In this document: positions 29,475-38,032 of the stretch, piece after piece
How the letters are laid out: each line of letters begins with the position of its first letter
How positions within the stretch are numbered: the first letter of the stretch is position 1
Assembly: GCA_963841995.1 (NCBI GenBank)
Contig: CAWJEX010000022.1
Location: forward strand, 15,972 to 79,971
Direction: 5' to 3'
DNA length: 64,000 nt
Origin: an uncultured Alphaproteobacteria bacterium
GTDB lineage: Bacteria > Pseudomonadota > Alphaproteobacteria > DATDPM01
Notes under the pieces: model-generated
The model's database searches: none
The model's input: only the letters and a program-made list of their open reading frames with translations
What the model was told of the DNA's origin: nothing
Program-made: the position numbers and the translations under genes

Positions 29475-31811
29475 TCACGGAGACCTTTCCACTTGGCACG
29501 CATAGGTGCGCAAAGGAAAGGACCCACTGATGGGATCATAAAACTCGTTGCTGATCAGCTTGCTGAAATTCAGAGAATTGCCATCTGCACCTGCCGAGTC
29601 ATCCGCCTTGTCGGACCAGCCGAATTGAGCGCAAACGACATCCCTTTCGAGGCTTCGATTGAATTTTACGCGTGCCCGGATAGCACCTTGGGGAGAACGA
29701 ATGATTACCCAGTCAAGTTCCCTAATGTCGCGAACTTTCGCCGTATCAGGATGCACCTCGATCAGTGGATCGGGCATTTTGTCGCGCAGACTGGAGAGAT
29801 TCCGAAACTGACTATGGCAAAACTGGATCCATTTGGCCGACGTCAGCCTCAACGGAAAGCGCGTCCGCCATTCCGGATGTTGTTCCGCGCTGGCGGCGGG
29901 CGCCACATAATCCGGCAAAGGCGACTGGCCGATATCGCGCAAGGTCTGTGAATAGATTTCGACGCGGCCGGTGGGCGTGGCAAAACCACGATGCGTGTAT
30001 TTCCGATATTCCGTCGAGAGGGGAAGCGCGATGCCTTCCGGTCGCGCCCGCAGCATCTCCAGCGTCACGCGTGACGGCTCCAGCATGTACCCGATGCCCG
30101 CGTCGATATCGCCATTGAAGAATTGGTCTTTGAGACCCAGACGCTTCGCTAGCTCAAAAACGATCCATGTATCCGAGCGGGATTCGCCGCGGGGCGGCAC
30201 GACCGCGTTACGTAACTGCAAGAGCGCGTCGGCTTCCTGGCTGACGCGAAATCCGTCCGCTATCCCTTCCCGCTCCCATGCCGACGATACCGGCAACACC
30301 ATGTCGGCTTCGGCGGCCATCGGGGTGAGGAATAGATCGCAGTGAACATAAAAATCCAGCTTTCGCAGCGCGCGCACCCCCTCTTCGGGGCTGGGGCGGC
30401 TGAGCAGAAGATTAGATCCGAAGGCCACCAACCCTTTTACCGGGTACGGCTGCTCCTCGAGAATGGCGCGATACAACTCACGTGTCGTGATCCAGCCGTC
30501 TTTCGCGGGACCGAGGGGGCGTTCCGTCATCCCGAGGGTCTTGGCCTGCTGCGCGGGAGAGATGAGCTCGCGACCGAATACGTCGTTCAATTTCGGCTTG
30601 GCGAAATAGGTATTCCCACCCGGCGCATCGATGTCGCCAGTGAGGGCATACAAAAGGCACATCGCCCGGCTGGTCTGCGTCGCATTGGTACTCTGCCCGA
30701 CGCCCGACCATGCGTAGTAGGAAACCGGCCTGTGCGCATGCAGCATTTCCGCAACAACTCGAATCTGTTCGGCCGGCACACCCGTGATCTGCTGCGTTCT
30801 CTCCGCGGAATATGTCCGGCACAAGCTGGCATATAATTCGAACGCCGGCCGGCAAGCTATCCGGCCACGCAATGTGTCTAATTCAAACGCGCCAAACAGG
30901 GAAAGGTGACGTGACGATGCGTCCGGTTGTGATCCGGGACCGCAAACCACAGGCCGCCCGGCCGATCCGTCCCATGCCACGTAGCGGTCTGCACGGCCAT
31001 TTTCTTCCAAATCGGATTCGACGACATAACGTCCATCGTCATCCCGAATCAGAAACGGGCCGTTGCTCCAGGTGGAGATAAAATCGCGATCATACCATCC
31101 GTTTTCAATCATCACGCCGGCGATGCCCAACGCCAGTGCGCCATCCGTACCCGGCCGCACTCGCAGCCACTGGTCAGCCTTATGTGCCAGTCCCACCTGC
31201 CGTGGATCGATGACGACAAGCTTCATGCCACGCTTCTTCGCTTCGGCGACCGCCGAGGCTTGCGCCAGCCAGCAATTGGTAGGGTTGAATCCCCACAACA
31301 CCAGGCAGCCGGTGCGCTGGAAATCCGGCACGCCGCTATCGGCGCCAAAGGTGAAGGCGGTGGCGTAATCCTTGTGCCAGTTGCAGATATGGGTCGTCCC
31401 GACCGTGTTGGGGCTGCCAAAACTATTGATCAGACGATAGATCCAGGGCATTGCGTCGCCGATCGCTGTACCGCTGGACGTGGTGACACTGAAGGCGACG
31501 GCTTCAGGGCCGAACCGCTTCGCCGTTTCCTTCATGCGGTGGGCGGTGAAGCTCAGCGCCTCTTCCCAGGAAATGGCTTGCCACCCTGCGTCGGGATCGC
31601 CCTTGGGGCGGGTTCTTTTAACCGGCGTCAGCAGGCGATCGGCGCTGTTGACAAGCTCGGGTGCTGCCTTTCCTTTGATGCAGAAATTCCCGCCGGTCGG
31701 ATGGTTCGGGTCCGGCTCGACCTTGGTCAAAACACCATCTTCGACGGTGGAAATACACCCGCAGTGTGAGATGCACAGCGCACAGTATCCTCGGATCCGC
31801 TGCACGGTCAT
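29475..31811 (-). CDS. cytoplasmic molybdopterin-dependent oxidoreductase (DMSO reductase superfamily)
   Basis: Start set at MTVQRIRGYCALCISHCGC (N-terminal Fe-S Cys cluster, no Tat signal). Molybdopterin oxidoreductase and C-terminal MopB-binding regions run throughout. The substrate is not inferable. Confidence 0.8.
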   Translation of the reverse strand: MTVQRIRGYCALCISHCGCISTVEDGVLTKVEPDPNHPTGGNFCIKGKAAPELVNSADRLLTPVKRTRPKGDPDAGWQAISWEEALSFTAHRMKETAKRFGPEAVAFSVTTSSGTAIGDAMPWIYRLINSFGSPNTVGTTHICNWHKDYATAFTFGADSGVPDFQRTGCLVLWGFNPTNCWLAQASAVAEAKKRGMKLVVIDPRQVGLAHKADQWLRVRPGTDGALALGIAGVMIENGWYDRDFISTWSNGPFLIRDDDGRYVVESDLEENGRADRYVAWDGSAGRPVVCGPGSQPDASSRHLSLFGAFELDTLRGRIACRPAFELYASLCRTYSAERTQQITGVPAEQIRVVAEMLHAHRPVSYYAWSGVGQSTNATQTSRAMCLLYALTGDIDAPGGNTYFAKPKLNDVFGRELISPAQQAKTLGMTERPLGPAKDGWITTRELYRAILEEQPYPVKGLVAFGSNLLLSRPSPEEGVRALRKLDFYVHCDLFLTPMAAEADMVLPVSSAWEREGIADGFRVSQEADALLQLRNAVVPPRGESRSDTWIVFELAKRLGLKDQFFNGDIDAGIGYMLEPSRVTLEMLRARPEGIALPLSTEYRKYTHRGFATPTGRVEIYSQTLRDIGQSPLPDYVAPAASAEQHPEWRTRFPLRLTSAKWIQFCHSQFRNLSSLRDKMPDPLIEVHPDTAKVRDIRELDWVIIRSPQGAIRARVKFNRSLERDVVCAQFGWSDKADDSAGADGNSLNFSKLISNEFYDPISGSFPLRTYACQVERSP

Positions 31812-32234
31812 GGGACATCGTCCGTATCGACAATCCAATACGAAAATGTGAGCCCCTTTGCCTCGGCAATCAAGTCGTCGGTGCTGTGTGGCAAAGTGCG
31901 GATTCCGATGAAGTCGCATGGGCGTTCCGAGCGGATGCCGCGCGTGAATTCCAACATGATGTCGCCCAGGGCGTGGGCCACCTGTCCTTATCGAAAACTC
32001 CATCTGGGAAGGTTGGGACTAGGTTTTTAGAGCCGGCCGCTCACCAGCAAGCTGCCGAACTTCGAGGCGCATGGCGCCATTAATGATACCGTGCTCCCTG
32101 ATAACGACCGCCAATTCTGCGGCCACGAGGACCGCCATCCGCATGAGATCTTCCCGAGCTCGAAGGCATCGAGCAGAAACCCTGCGTCAGAACGGTCGGC
32201 GTAGAACGACTCGCCACACCTTCGGTGGCGATGT

Positions 32235-34571
32235 TCACGGCGCACTACCGACCGCTCCCGAAACCGCATGCGAGCTCAGAATCAGACGCTCGACAAAGCG
32301 TGGGAACAATGGCCGGAGCTTCACGATGAAATCCCAGGCCATCAGCAGGGCACCGAGCGCGAACACGACGTCGCCCGGCAGCCGCATCCATTGCCAGACC
32401 ACCGTCGTGTCATAGAAGGCACTGCTCCGCGCATAGGCCAGCCCATGCTCGTAGACCGCATCCAGTTGCGGCCATCCGATGGGGAAGAAGTTCAAAAGGA
32501 TCCAGAGCACCAAGCCGCCATTGTAGAGCCAGAAAGCCCAACGCCCCGCCTTCTCGCCGAACCGGTACTTCTCGGCCGCAACATAGCGCAGGCAGAAATA
32601 GATCAGCCCGATGCCAAGTAGACCGAAGGCGCCGAATAGCGCGGTATGCGCATGATTGAGCGTCAGAAAGGTGCCGTGCTCGTAGTAGTTCACCAGCGGC
32701 GCGTTGAGTGTGCCGCCGCCGAAGACGCCAGCACCGACGAAATTCCAGAAAGCCGCACCGATGATATAGGTATAGGCGAGCCCGTATTTGAATTCGCCAT
32801 GCCTCTTGATCAGCCGGTGATGCTGGATCGCCTCGATGATCAGAAGCACAAGCGGCAGCACTTCGATGAACGAGAACATCGTGCCGAGCGGGACCCACAG
32901 GCCGGGCTCGCCCGCCCAATAGAGGTGATGCCCCGTGCCGAGCACGCCGCCGAGGAAGATCAGGATCAGTTCAAGGTAGACGGACCGCTCGGCGAGCTGA
33001 CGCGAAACGAGACCGACCGCCATCAGCAGATAGGCGCTGATCGCCGCGGCGAAGAACTCGAAGGACTGCTCGACCCAGAGATGGACGACCCACCAGCGCC
33101 AGAAATCGGAGATCGTGAAGGACTTCTCGACACCGGTCAGCGGGATCATGCCAAAGACGTAGAGCAGCGCGATATTGACGGTGGACGCCCAAAGCAGATG
33201 CTCGAGCTTGATCCGCCCGGTCCAGAATTGCCGCGTCGCCGCCACCAGCTTCGCGCGGGTTGGCCAAAGCGCTCGGAATACGAGCAGGCTCCAAATCACG
33301 AGGCCTGCGAAGAAACCGATCTGCCACGCGCGCCCGAGCTGGATGTAAGAGAGGCCCTGATTGCCAAACCAGAACCAGCCTTCCTGAATGTAGCCCATGA
33401 TACCGAGATAATTGCCGGCGAGCGCGCCCACGACGATGAACAGCGTCACCCAGAACAGCAAATCGACGAGAAAGCCCTGTCCCTTCGGCTCCCCGCCGCT
33501 GATCGCCGGCGCCAGGAATAGGCCAGCACCGATCCAGGAGAGCCCGATCCAAACGATGGGCGATTGGATGTGGACGTCGCGCAGGAAATTGAACGGCAGG
33601 AAGCGGTCGACTTCGATCCCATAAAAACTCGTCCGATCCGTGTAGTAGTGGGCCATGATCGATCCGACGAGAATTTGCAGCAGGAGAACAGCCGCGACCA
33701 CGAGGAAATATTTTCCGATCCGCCGCTGGCTGACGGTCAAGGGCCCGAACTTGGCCAGCACGGGATCCATCGGTGCTTTGTCGGGATCGTTCAGGTAGCG
33801 CTCATAGATGAACAGCACCGCGCCGAAGGCGAAGAAGGTGAAACAGAAGCTGATCCACGTCCACCGGAAGGTGCTGGTGGTCGGCGCATTGCCGACGAGC
33901 GGTTCGAACGGCCAATTCTGCGTCCAGGACGCCGTCGTCCCGGGCCGCCGCGCAACAGTCGTGATCGAAGAATAGATCAGGAAGTCCGCGGTCTGGGCGG
34001 CGCTTTGCTCATCGAGGCTGTAAGCCTGGGTCCAGCCCTTGGCGAAATCGTGACGGAGCAACGACTGCGCGATCTCGCCACGCAGCGTCGTGATTGCGGC
34101 GGCAACGGCGTCGGGAACGGTTGCGACGGGCTTAGTTAGATCGATGCCTTGAAGCTCGAACTGCATCGCCGCTTTGACCGACGCTTGCTCCTCCGCCGTC
34201 AAATCCGGCAGTGTTTTGCGGGTCTTGGCCGCGGCGATGTTCACTTCGGTAAGCGTGGCGAGCCGGACGAGGTTGCTGGCCGTGTAATCCTCGCCGAAAT
34301 ACGATCCCATGCCATAGAGGCTGCCGTAATCCATAAGATCGGCTTTCTGGAAACCGGCCTTGCCTTCTTGAATGTCGGCAGCCGACATGAGAACCGTGCC
34401 GTTGGCCGCTACGAACCGGTCGGGAAAGGGCGGTGCCGCCTTGTAGGTAAGGTCGGTCGTCCAGCCAAGAAGAGCAAAGGTCACGACGGCGACCGCCAAC
34501 AATATCCATTTCAGCACGTTGCTCACGGGGTCTTCCATCGGCCGATCGAGCACTCCCGCATTCGTTGTCAT
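32235..34571 (-). CDS. norB: nitric-oxide reductase large subunit, long quinol-dependent (qNOR) type
   Basis: 778 aa. N-terminal periplasmic extension plus a heme-copper oxidase core (HLWVEQSFEFF, GTGHHLYW, HAHTALFGAFG motifs). Confidence 0.85.
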   Translation of the reverse strand: MTTNAGVLDRPMEDPVSNVLKWILLAVAVVTFALLGWTTDLTYKAAPPFPDRFVAANGTVLMSAADIQEGKAGFQKADLMDYGSLYGMGSYFGEDYTASNLVRLATLTEVNIAAAKTRKTLPDLTAEEQASVKAAMQFELQGIDLTKPVATVPDAVAAAITTLRGEIAQSLLRHDFAKGWTQAYSLDEQSAAQTADFLIYSSITTVARRPGTTASWTQNWPFEPLVGNAPTTSTFRWTWISFCFTFFAFGAVLFIYERYLNDPDKAPMDPVLAKFGPLTVSQRRIGKYFLVVAAVLLLQILVGSIMAHYYTDRTSFYGIEVDRFLPFNFLRDVHIQSPIVWIGLSWIGAGLFLAPAISGGEPKGQGFLVDLLFWVTLFIVVGALAGNYLGIMGYIQEGWFWFGNQGLSYIQLGRAWQIGFFAGLVIWSLLVFRALWPTRAKLVAATRQFWTGRIKLEHLLWASTVNIALLYVFGMIPLTGVEKSFTISDFWRWWVVHLWVEQSFEFFAAAISAYLLMAVGLVSRQLAERSVYLELILIFLGGVLGTGHHLYWAGEPGLWVPLGTMFSFIEVLPLVLLIIEAIQHHRLIKRHGEFKYGLAYTYIIGAAFWNFVGAGVFGGGTLNAPLVNYYEHGTFLTLNHAHTALFGAFGLLGIGLIYFCLRYVAAEKYRFGEKAGRWAFWLYNGGLVLWILLNFFPIGWPQLDAVYEHGLAYARSSAFYDTTVVWQWMRLPGDVVFALGALLMAWDFIVKLRPLFPRFVERLILSSHAVSGAVGSAP

Positions 34572-34659
34572 TTTTCTTCCCCTCTGTCAGTTGGCATTCC
34601 AGCGTTGTTGCCGTCCGCTTCGCAAAGGCCTCATCCGGGACAGCACAAATGCCTCCGGC

Positions 34660-35163
34660 TCAGAACACGGACCATCCGTGGCTGCCCGCGACTGCGCCGA
34701 AGACCGTGATGAGGCTGAGCGTGAGTAAAACCCAGTGCGCCCAATGCAGCCATGCGAAGGCGCCTTCCGGTGCCACCGTCGCCCATTTGTGGAAGTGCCG
34801 GCGCAGGATGAACGGCTCGATCACGAACAGAACCAACGTGAATAGCAGCCACACGCAGACCATCGCGTGCATCCACCAGAACTGCGCGGACTGGAACCGC
34901 TGCCACAGATCGAGGCGTGCTGCCATGTAGAAGCCGGTCAGACCGACGATGATGACAGCCGCACGAGCCTGCCAGACGAAACGGCGCTCGATTGCTTGGA
35001 ACGCCGTGAGCCAATCGGTGCCCAGATCACCGCGCCGGATCGCCGGCAGCACAACAGTAGTCGCCATCGCCACGCCGCCGATCCAGATGACCACGGCGAG
35101 GACATGCAAGACGCGCGCTATGACGACACCATCCATGCTGTTCCCGCTCTGTCTCCCGGTCAC
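34660..35163 (-). CDS. 4-TM membrane protein immediately upstream of norB
   Basis: VLHVLAVVIWIGGVAMATTVVLP... with four hydrophobic segments. Same strand as norB, 88-nt gap. Family not recognised. Confidence 0.55.
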   Translation of the reverse strand: MTGRQSGNSMDGVVIARVLHVLAVVIWIGGVAMATTVVLPAIRRGDLGTDWLTAFQAIERRFVWQARAAVIIVGLTGFYMAARLDLWQRFQSAQFWWMHAMVCVWLLFTLVLFVIEPFILRRHFHKWATVAPEGAFAWLHWAHWVLLTLSLITVFGAVAGSHGWSVF

Positions 35164-35333
35164 ACTGTGAATACGTACATGACTTTGACCCCTACCATTG
35201 AAGCCGCTCAGCGGATTGATCTCGTTGGCAAAGATTAGAATTTAGTGGGGTCACCTCTCCCGCTAAATGCGAACCCTCCCGGGAATTTGATTGACCCACA
35301 TAATCAATGTCATGCGTTCCATCTTGGGCGGGA

Positions 35334-36083
35334 TCACGATTGGAATCGGTAACTTCTCTCGAGCTCGGTGAATCTGGGAATGAGATCTGAATGCCCGCGC
35401 ACACGGAAGATGTAACGTGGCACCTCCTTGCCGACTGTATGGGACATGAATGGTTCGCCCCAAAAGCTAAGCAACGCCTCGATCGCACCTTCTGGATTGG
35501 TTTCGGAAAGAATGAAGGAAATATTTTCGTGCATGTCGCACCAGCGCGGCTCGCGAACGTTCTTAGAGTGCCTGCAGGCGGCAATTTTCGGTGCGATTTC
35601 CGCGCGCCACAGGTCCTTCTGCCGATCGTCCAGGATGAACAAGATGGAGGTTACCAGCGGATTCTCGATGCAAGGACGCAACAGCAGGTCGAACATCTGC
35701 TGTGATTTATACATGAGGAGGCATACATTAAAGAAAATCATCTCGCCGCGTGCCTGACGAGCAAAAGCTTCGTTTTCGACACGCAGCTGCCGGGGGCCAA
35801 TAAGGATTACGTCCGGCTGCCGCAGTGCGGATTGGATTTTCGCGACGGAGGCGGCAGTATCCCCGATGAGTTCTGCGAGCCGCTCGTTCTTACGCTCGCG
35901 CCGCAAGTCGCGGATGAAGAGCAGGGCGATCAGCACAAGGATGATAGGCAGAAGTATGGCCTGATCGGCGATATGCAAGAAATGCAGAACCACCGCGACG
36001 ATCGCGGCCAGCACCCCGGCGATCGCATCCCAGTCCATGCTGAGCAGATGTTTCAGTCGCACGTGTATCCGCTCCCCTTGCAC
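35334..36083 (-). CDS. hypothetical membrane-anchored protein (2 TM + ~170-aa soluble domain)
   Basis: ORF only, with two N-terminal hydrophobic helices. No motif recognised. GC looks lower than the neighbours. Confidence 0.45.
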   Translation of the reverse strand: MQGERIHVRLKHLLSMDWDAIAGVLAAIVAVVLHFLHIADQAILLPIILVLIALLFIRDLRRERKNERLAELIGDTAASVAKIQSALRQPDVILIGPRQLRVENEAFARQARGEMIFFNVCLLMYKSQQMFDLLLRPCIENPLVTSILFILDDRQKDLWRAEIAPKIAACRHSKNVREPRWCDMHENISFILSETNPEGAIEALLSFWGEPFMSHTVGKEVPRYIFRVRGHSDLIPRFTELERSYRFQS

Positions 36084-36356
36084 CAGCAGCTCACGCCATT
36101 CTAGCCATCTATTAGGTCAGTGATAGTCCATGAATGAGACCTGCGGGACGAGACTCGCAAGTCGCCTTCATTTTGTTTAGGTTATGCTCCGGGGGACGGG
36201 CAGCTTGCGATAAAGATCAGCTATTTTTCGAGAACTGATTGCGAGGAGACGCGCTGATCGTGGCTCCGGAGGAGGCACGCAAGCAACGCATCGATTTGAA
36301 CGGTTCGGATGACTTACGTACGCTTCGCTCCCGCAGATCAGAACGCAAATGGGCGA

Positions 36357-37565
36357 TTAAATCGGTCGCGCGTTTTCGTCTTTAACGCGGGGCAGAGTCA
36401 GCGGACGAAAATAAAACCGCGCGAATAGTCCAAAAGCTCCACTCCATGCCGCCCCTGCGAGAGAGAGAACGAGCACATACTGCGAGCCGCCGAGCGGCGC
36501 TAAGAGACGCAATACGGCGGCAAGCGTCACCAGGACATAAATCATCGTTGTTCGCGGTCCGGCGGTCAGGGGCCGGCCCGTGTGGCCGAGCGATGTGCGC
36601 GTCATGACGGCAAGGGTCATGGTTCCGATGGCGCCGGCCGTGAGCGCGTGAAGCGCCGTAGTCTGCGGCAGGACGGGTACGAAACCGTTCAAGGCGAGAA
36701 GCAGGAATCCGAGCGCCAGCCAGCCATAGCCGAGATGGAGGATCCAGAGAAGCGGCTCGCGCCCCGCGAATATCCCGCGCCAGCGCAAAAGTCGGGCGGT
36801 CAGCGTGATACCGGCGGCAAGCTCGGCCCAAAGCGCGACCGGTCCATCGGGTGCTGCGACCCAGAAGACCAAGGCAAGCGCGGTCATGGCGAGCGCCACA
36901 CGGTCGAGCCCATCGAAGGCCGCCGGCCTTGCAATATCCGGCCGCTGCTTCGCAAGCCAATTCCCGGTGAAACTCGGAATGATTCGGCCGCCGACGAAGC
37001 TGATGAGCATGAGGAGCGTGGCGACGCCGAGCCGATTGCCGACCGCGGCGGTCGAGGCAAGGCCGAGGACCTCGAGATGAACGAGGAGATTCCCCGAAAA
37101 AAGTAGAGCGAGTGCCACGAGCATGGGCAAGTTGCGCCAGTTGCGTCCCGCCAGAATTTCGCGAGCAACCACGGTGAAAAAGACGAGCGGAAATGCGAGA
37201 TCGAAAACGGTGGCAGCATTTGCGCCGATCTTTGCCGAAAGCAGCACCGCGATCCGTCCCGCAAGCCAAAGCAGCACGAGAATGGCGAGCGGTCTGCCTT
37301 GAATTGGCATGCGGCCGGTCCAATTCGGAATCGCCGTCAAGAGGAAACCGGCGACGGTCGCCCCACCGAAGCCGAAGATCATCTCATGCACGTGCCAGAC
37401 AATAGGCGCGAGCGCGCTCGGCACCTGGATGCGTCCGGCAAAAAGCGCGAGCCAGAGCGGGACGGCAACGGCGGCCCAGAGGGCAGACAACAGGAAGAAC
37501 GGACGGAATCCCGCGGAGAACAGCGCGGGGCCGATATGCGGGCGATAGCGGGGAATTGCGGTCAT
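36357..37565 (-). CDS. nnrS: NnrS family protein
   Basis: 402 aa, about 12 TM. FSAGFRPFFLLSALWA...WHVHEMIFGF is characteristic of NnrS. Confidence 0.85.
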   Translation of the reverse strand: MTAIPRYRPHIGPALFSAGFRPFFLLSALWAAVAVPLWLALFAGRIQVPSALAPIVWHVHEMIFGFGGATVAGFLLTAIPNWTGRMPIQGRPLAILVLLWLAGRIAVLLSAKIGANAATVFDLAFPLVFFTVVAREILAGRNWRNLPMLVALALLFSGNLLVHLEVLGLASTAAVGNRLGVATLLMLISFVGGRIIPSFTGNWLAKQRPDIARPAAFDGLDRVALAMTALALVFWVAAPDGPVALWAELAAGITLTARLLRWRGIFAGREPLLWILHLGYGWLALGFLLLALNGFVPVLPQTTALHALTAGAIGTMTLAVMTRTSLGHTGRPLTAGPRTTMIYVLVTLAAVLRLLAPLGGSQYVLVLSLAGAAWSGAFGLFARFYFRPLTLPRVKDENARPI

Positions 37566-37746
37566 GGCATCCTACACGAGGCGGATCGCGCGTATCTTGC
37601 TATGCCGTGCGCTTGCGACGCCTTGGCAATCGTTCCCCGATTTCTCTGCCGGCTGATGAGGACGGGGCTCTGTGAGGTATTCGGCTTTCTTCGTACCAGC
37701 GCAGCTAAGCTACTGCCGCTTTCATTGAAGCACGACATCGAGGCGG

Positions 37747-37920
37747 ATGGTTGTATCCAGGGTGGGACACCGTCCTAAGACATTGGCAATATTCGGCATT
37801 TGGGAACTGGTGCCCAGGGGCGGAATCACATAAGCTATAAAAATCAATGGTTTACAAAAAAGTGGGACACTGAATCTTCCCGTGGCGTTATTAGGCTTTC
37901 CAGGGAAAGTGTCCCACCGC
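37747..37920 (+). repeat. dispersed composite repeat, copy 5 (short-left-arm subtype)
   Basis: GTATCCAGGGTGGGACAC left arm, 21-mer variant at 37808-37827, and hairpin arms at 37862-37870 / 37909-37917. Homology with copy 9 continues to about 38075. Confidence 0.85.
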
Positions 37921-38032
37921 GAACGTCATTGTACGCGCCTTTCCTATCGGTTCCCTGATGTCGGAATTCCGATTCGAATGCGTCATGCGATTGTCTCCCG
38001 CAGACTGGGCAAATAAGGGTTACGAGTTACCC

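Noticed and set aside
31812-32269. The ~420-nt gap between norB and the Mo-oxidoreductase contains ORF 32027..32269 and a 41-codon ORF (MRMAVLVAAELAVVIREHGIINGAMRLEVRQLAGERPALKT).
   Set aside because: I recognised no family. ORF 32027..32269 overlaps the norB 3' end out of frame. These could be remnants of a lost gene, but the evidence is insufficient.
37969-38016. A 12-codon mini-ORF (MRHAIVSRRLGK) is conserved between the copy 5 and copy 9 flanks, and both nucleotide differences are synonymous.
   Set aside because: Two substitutions are too few to infer selection. The longer frame containing it is interrupted in copy 5. It lies antisense in the 3' UTR of the regulator gene.
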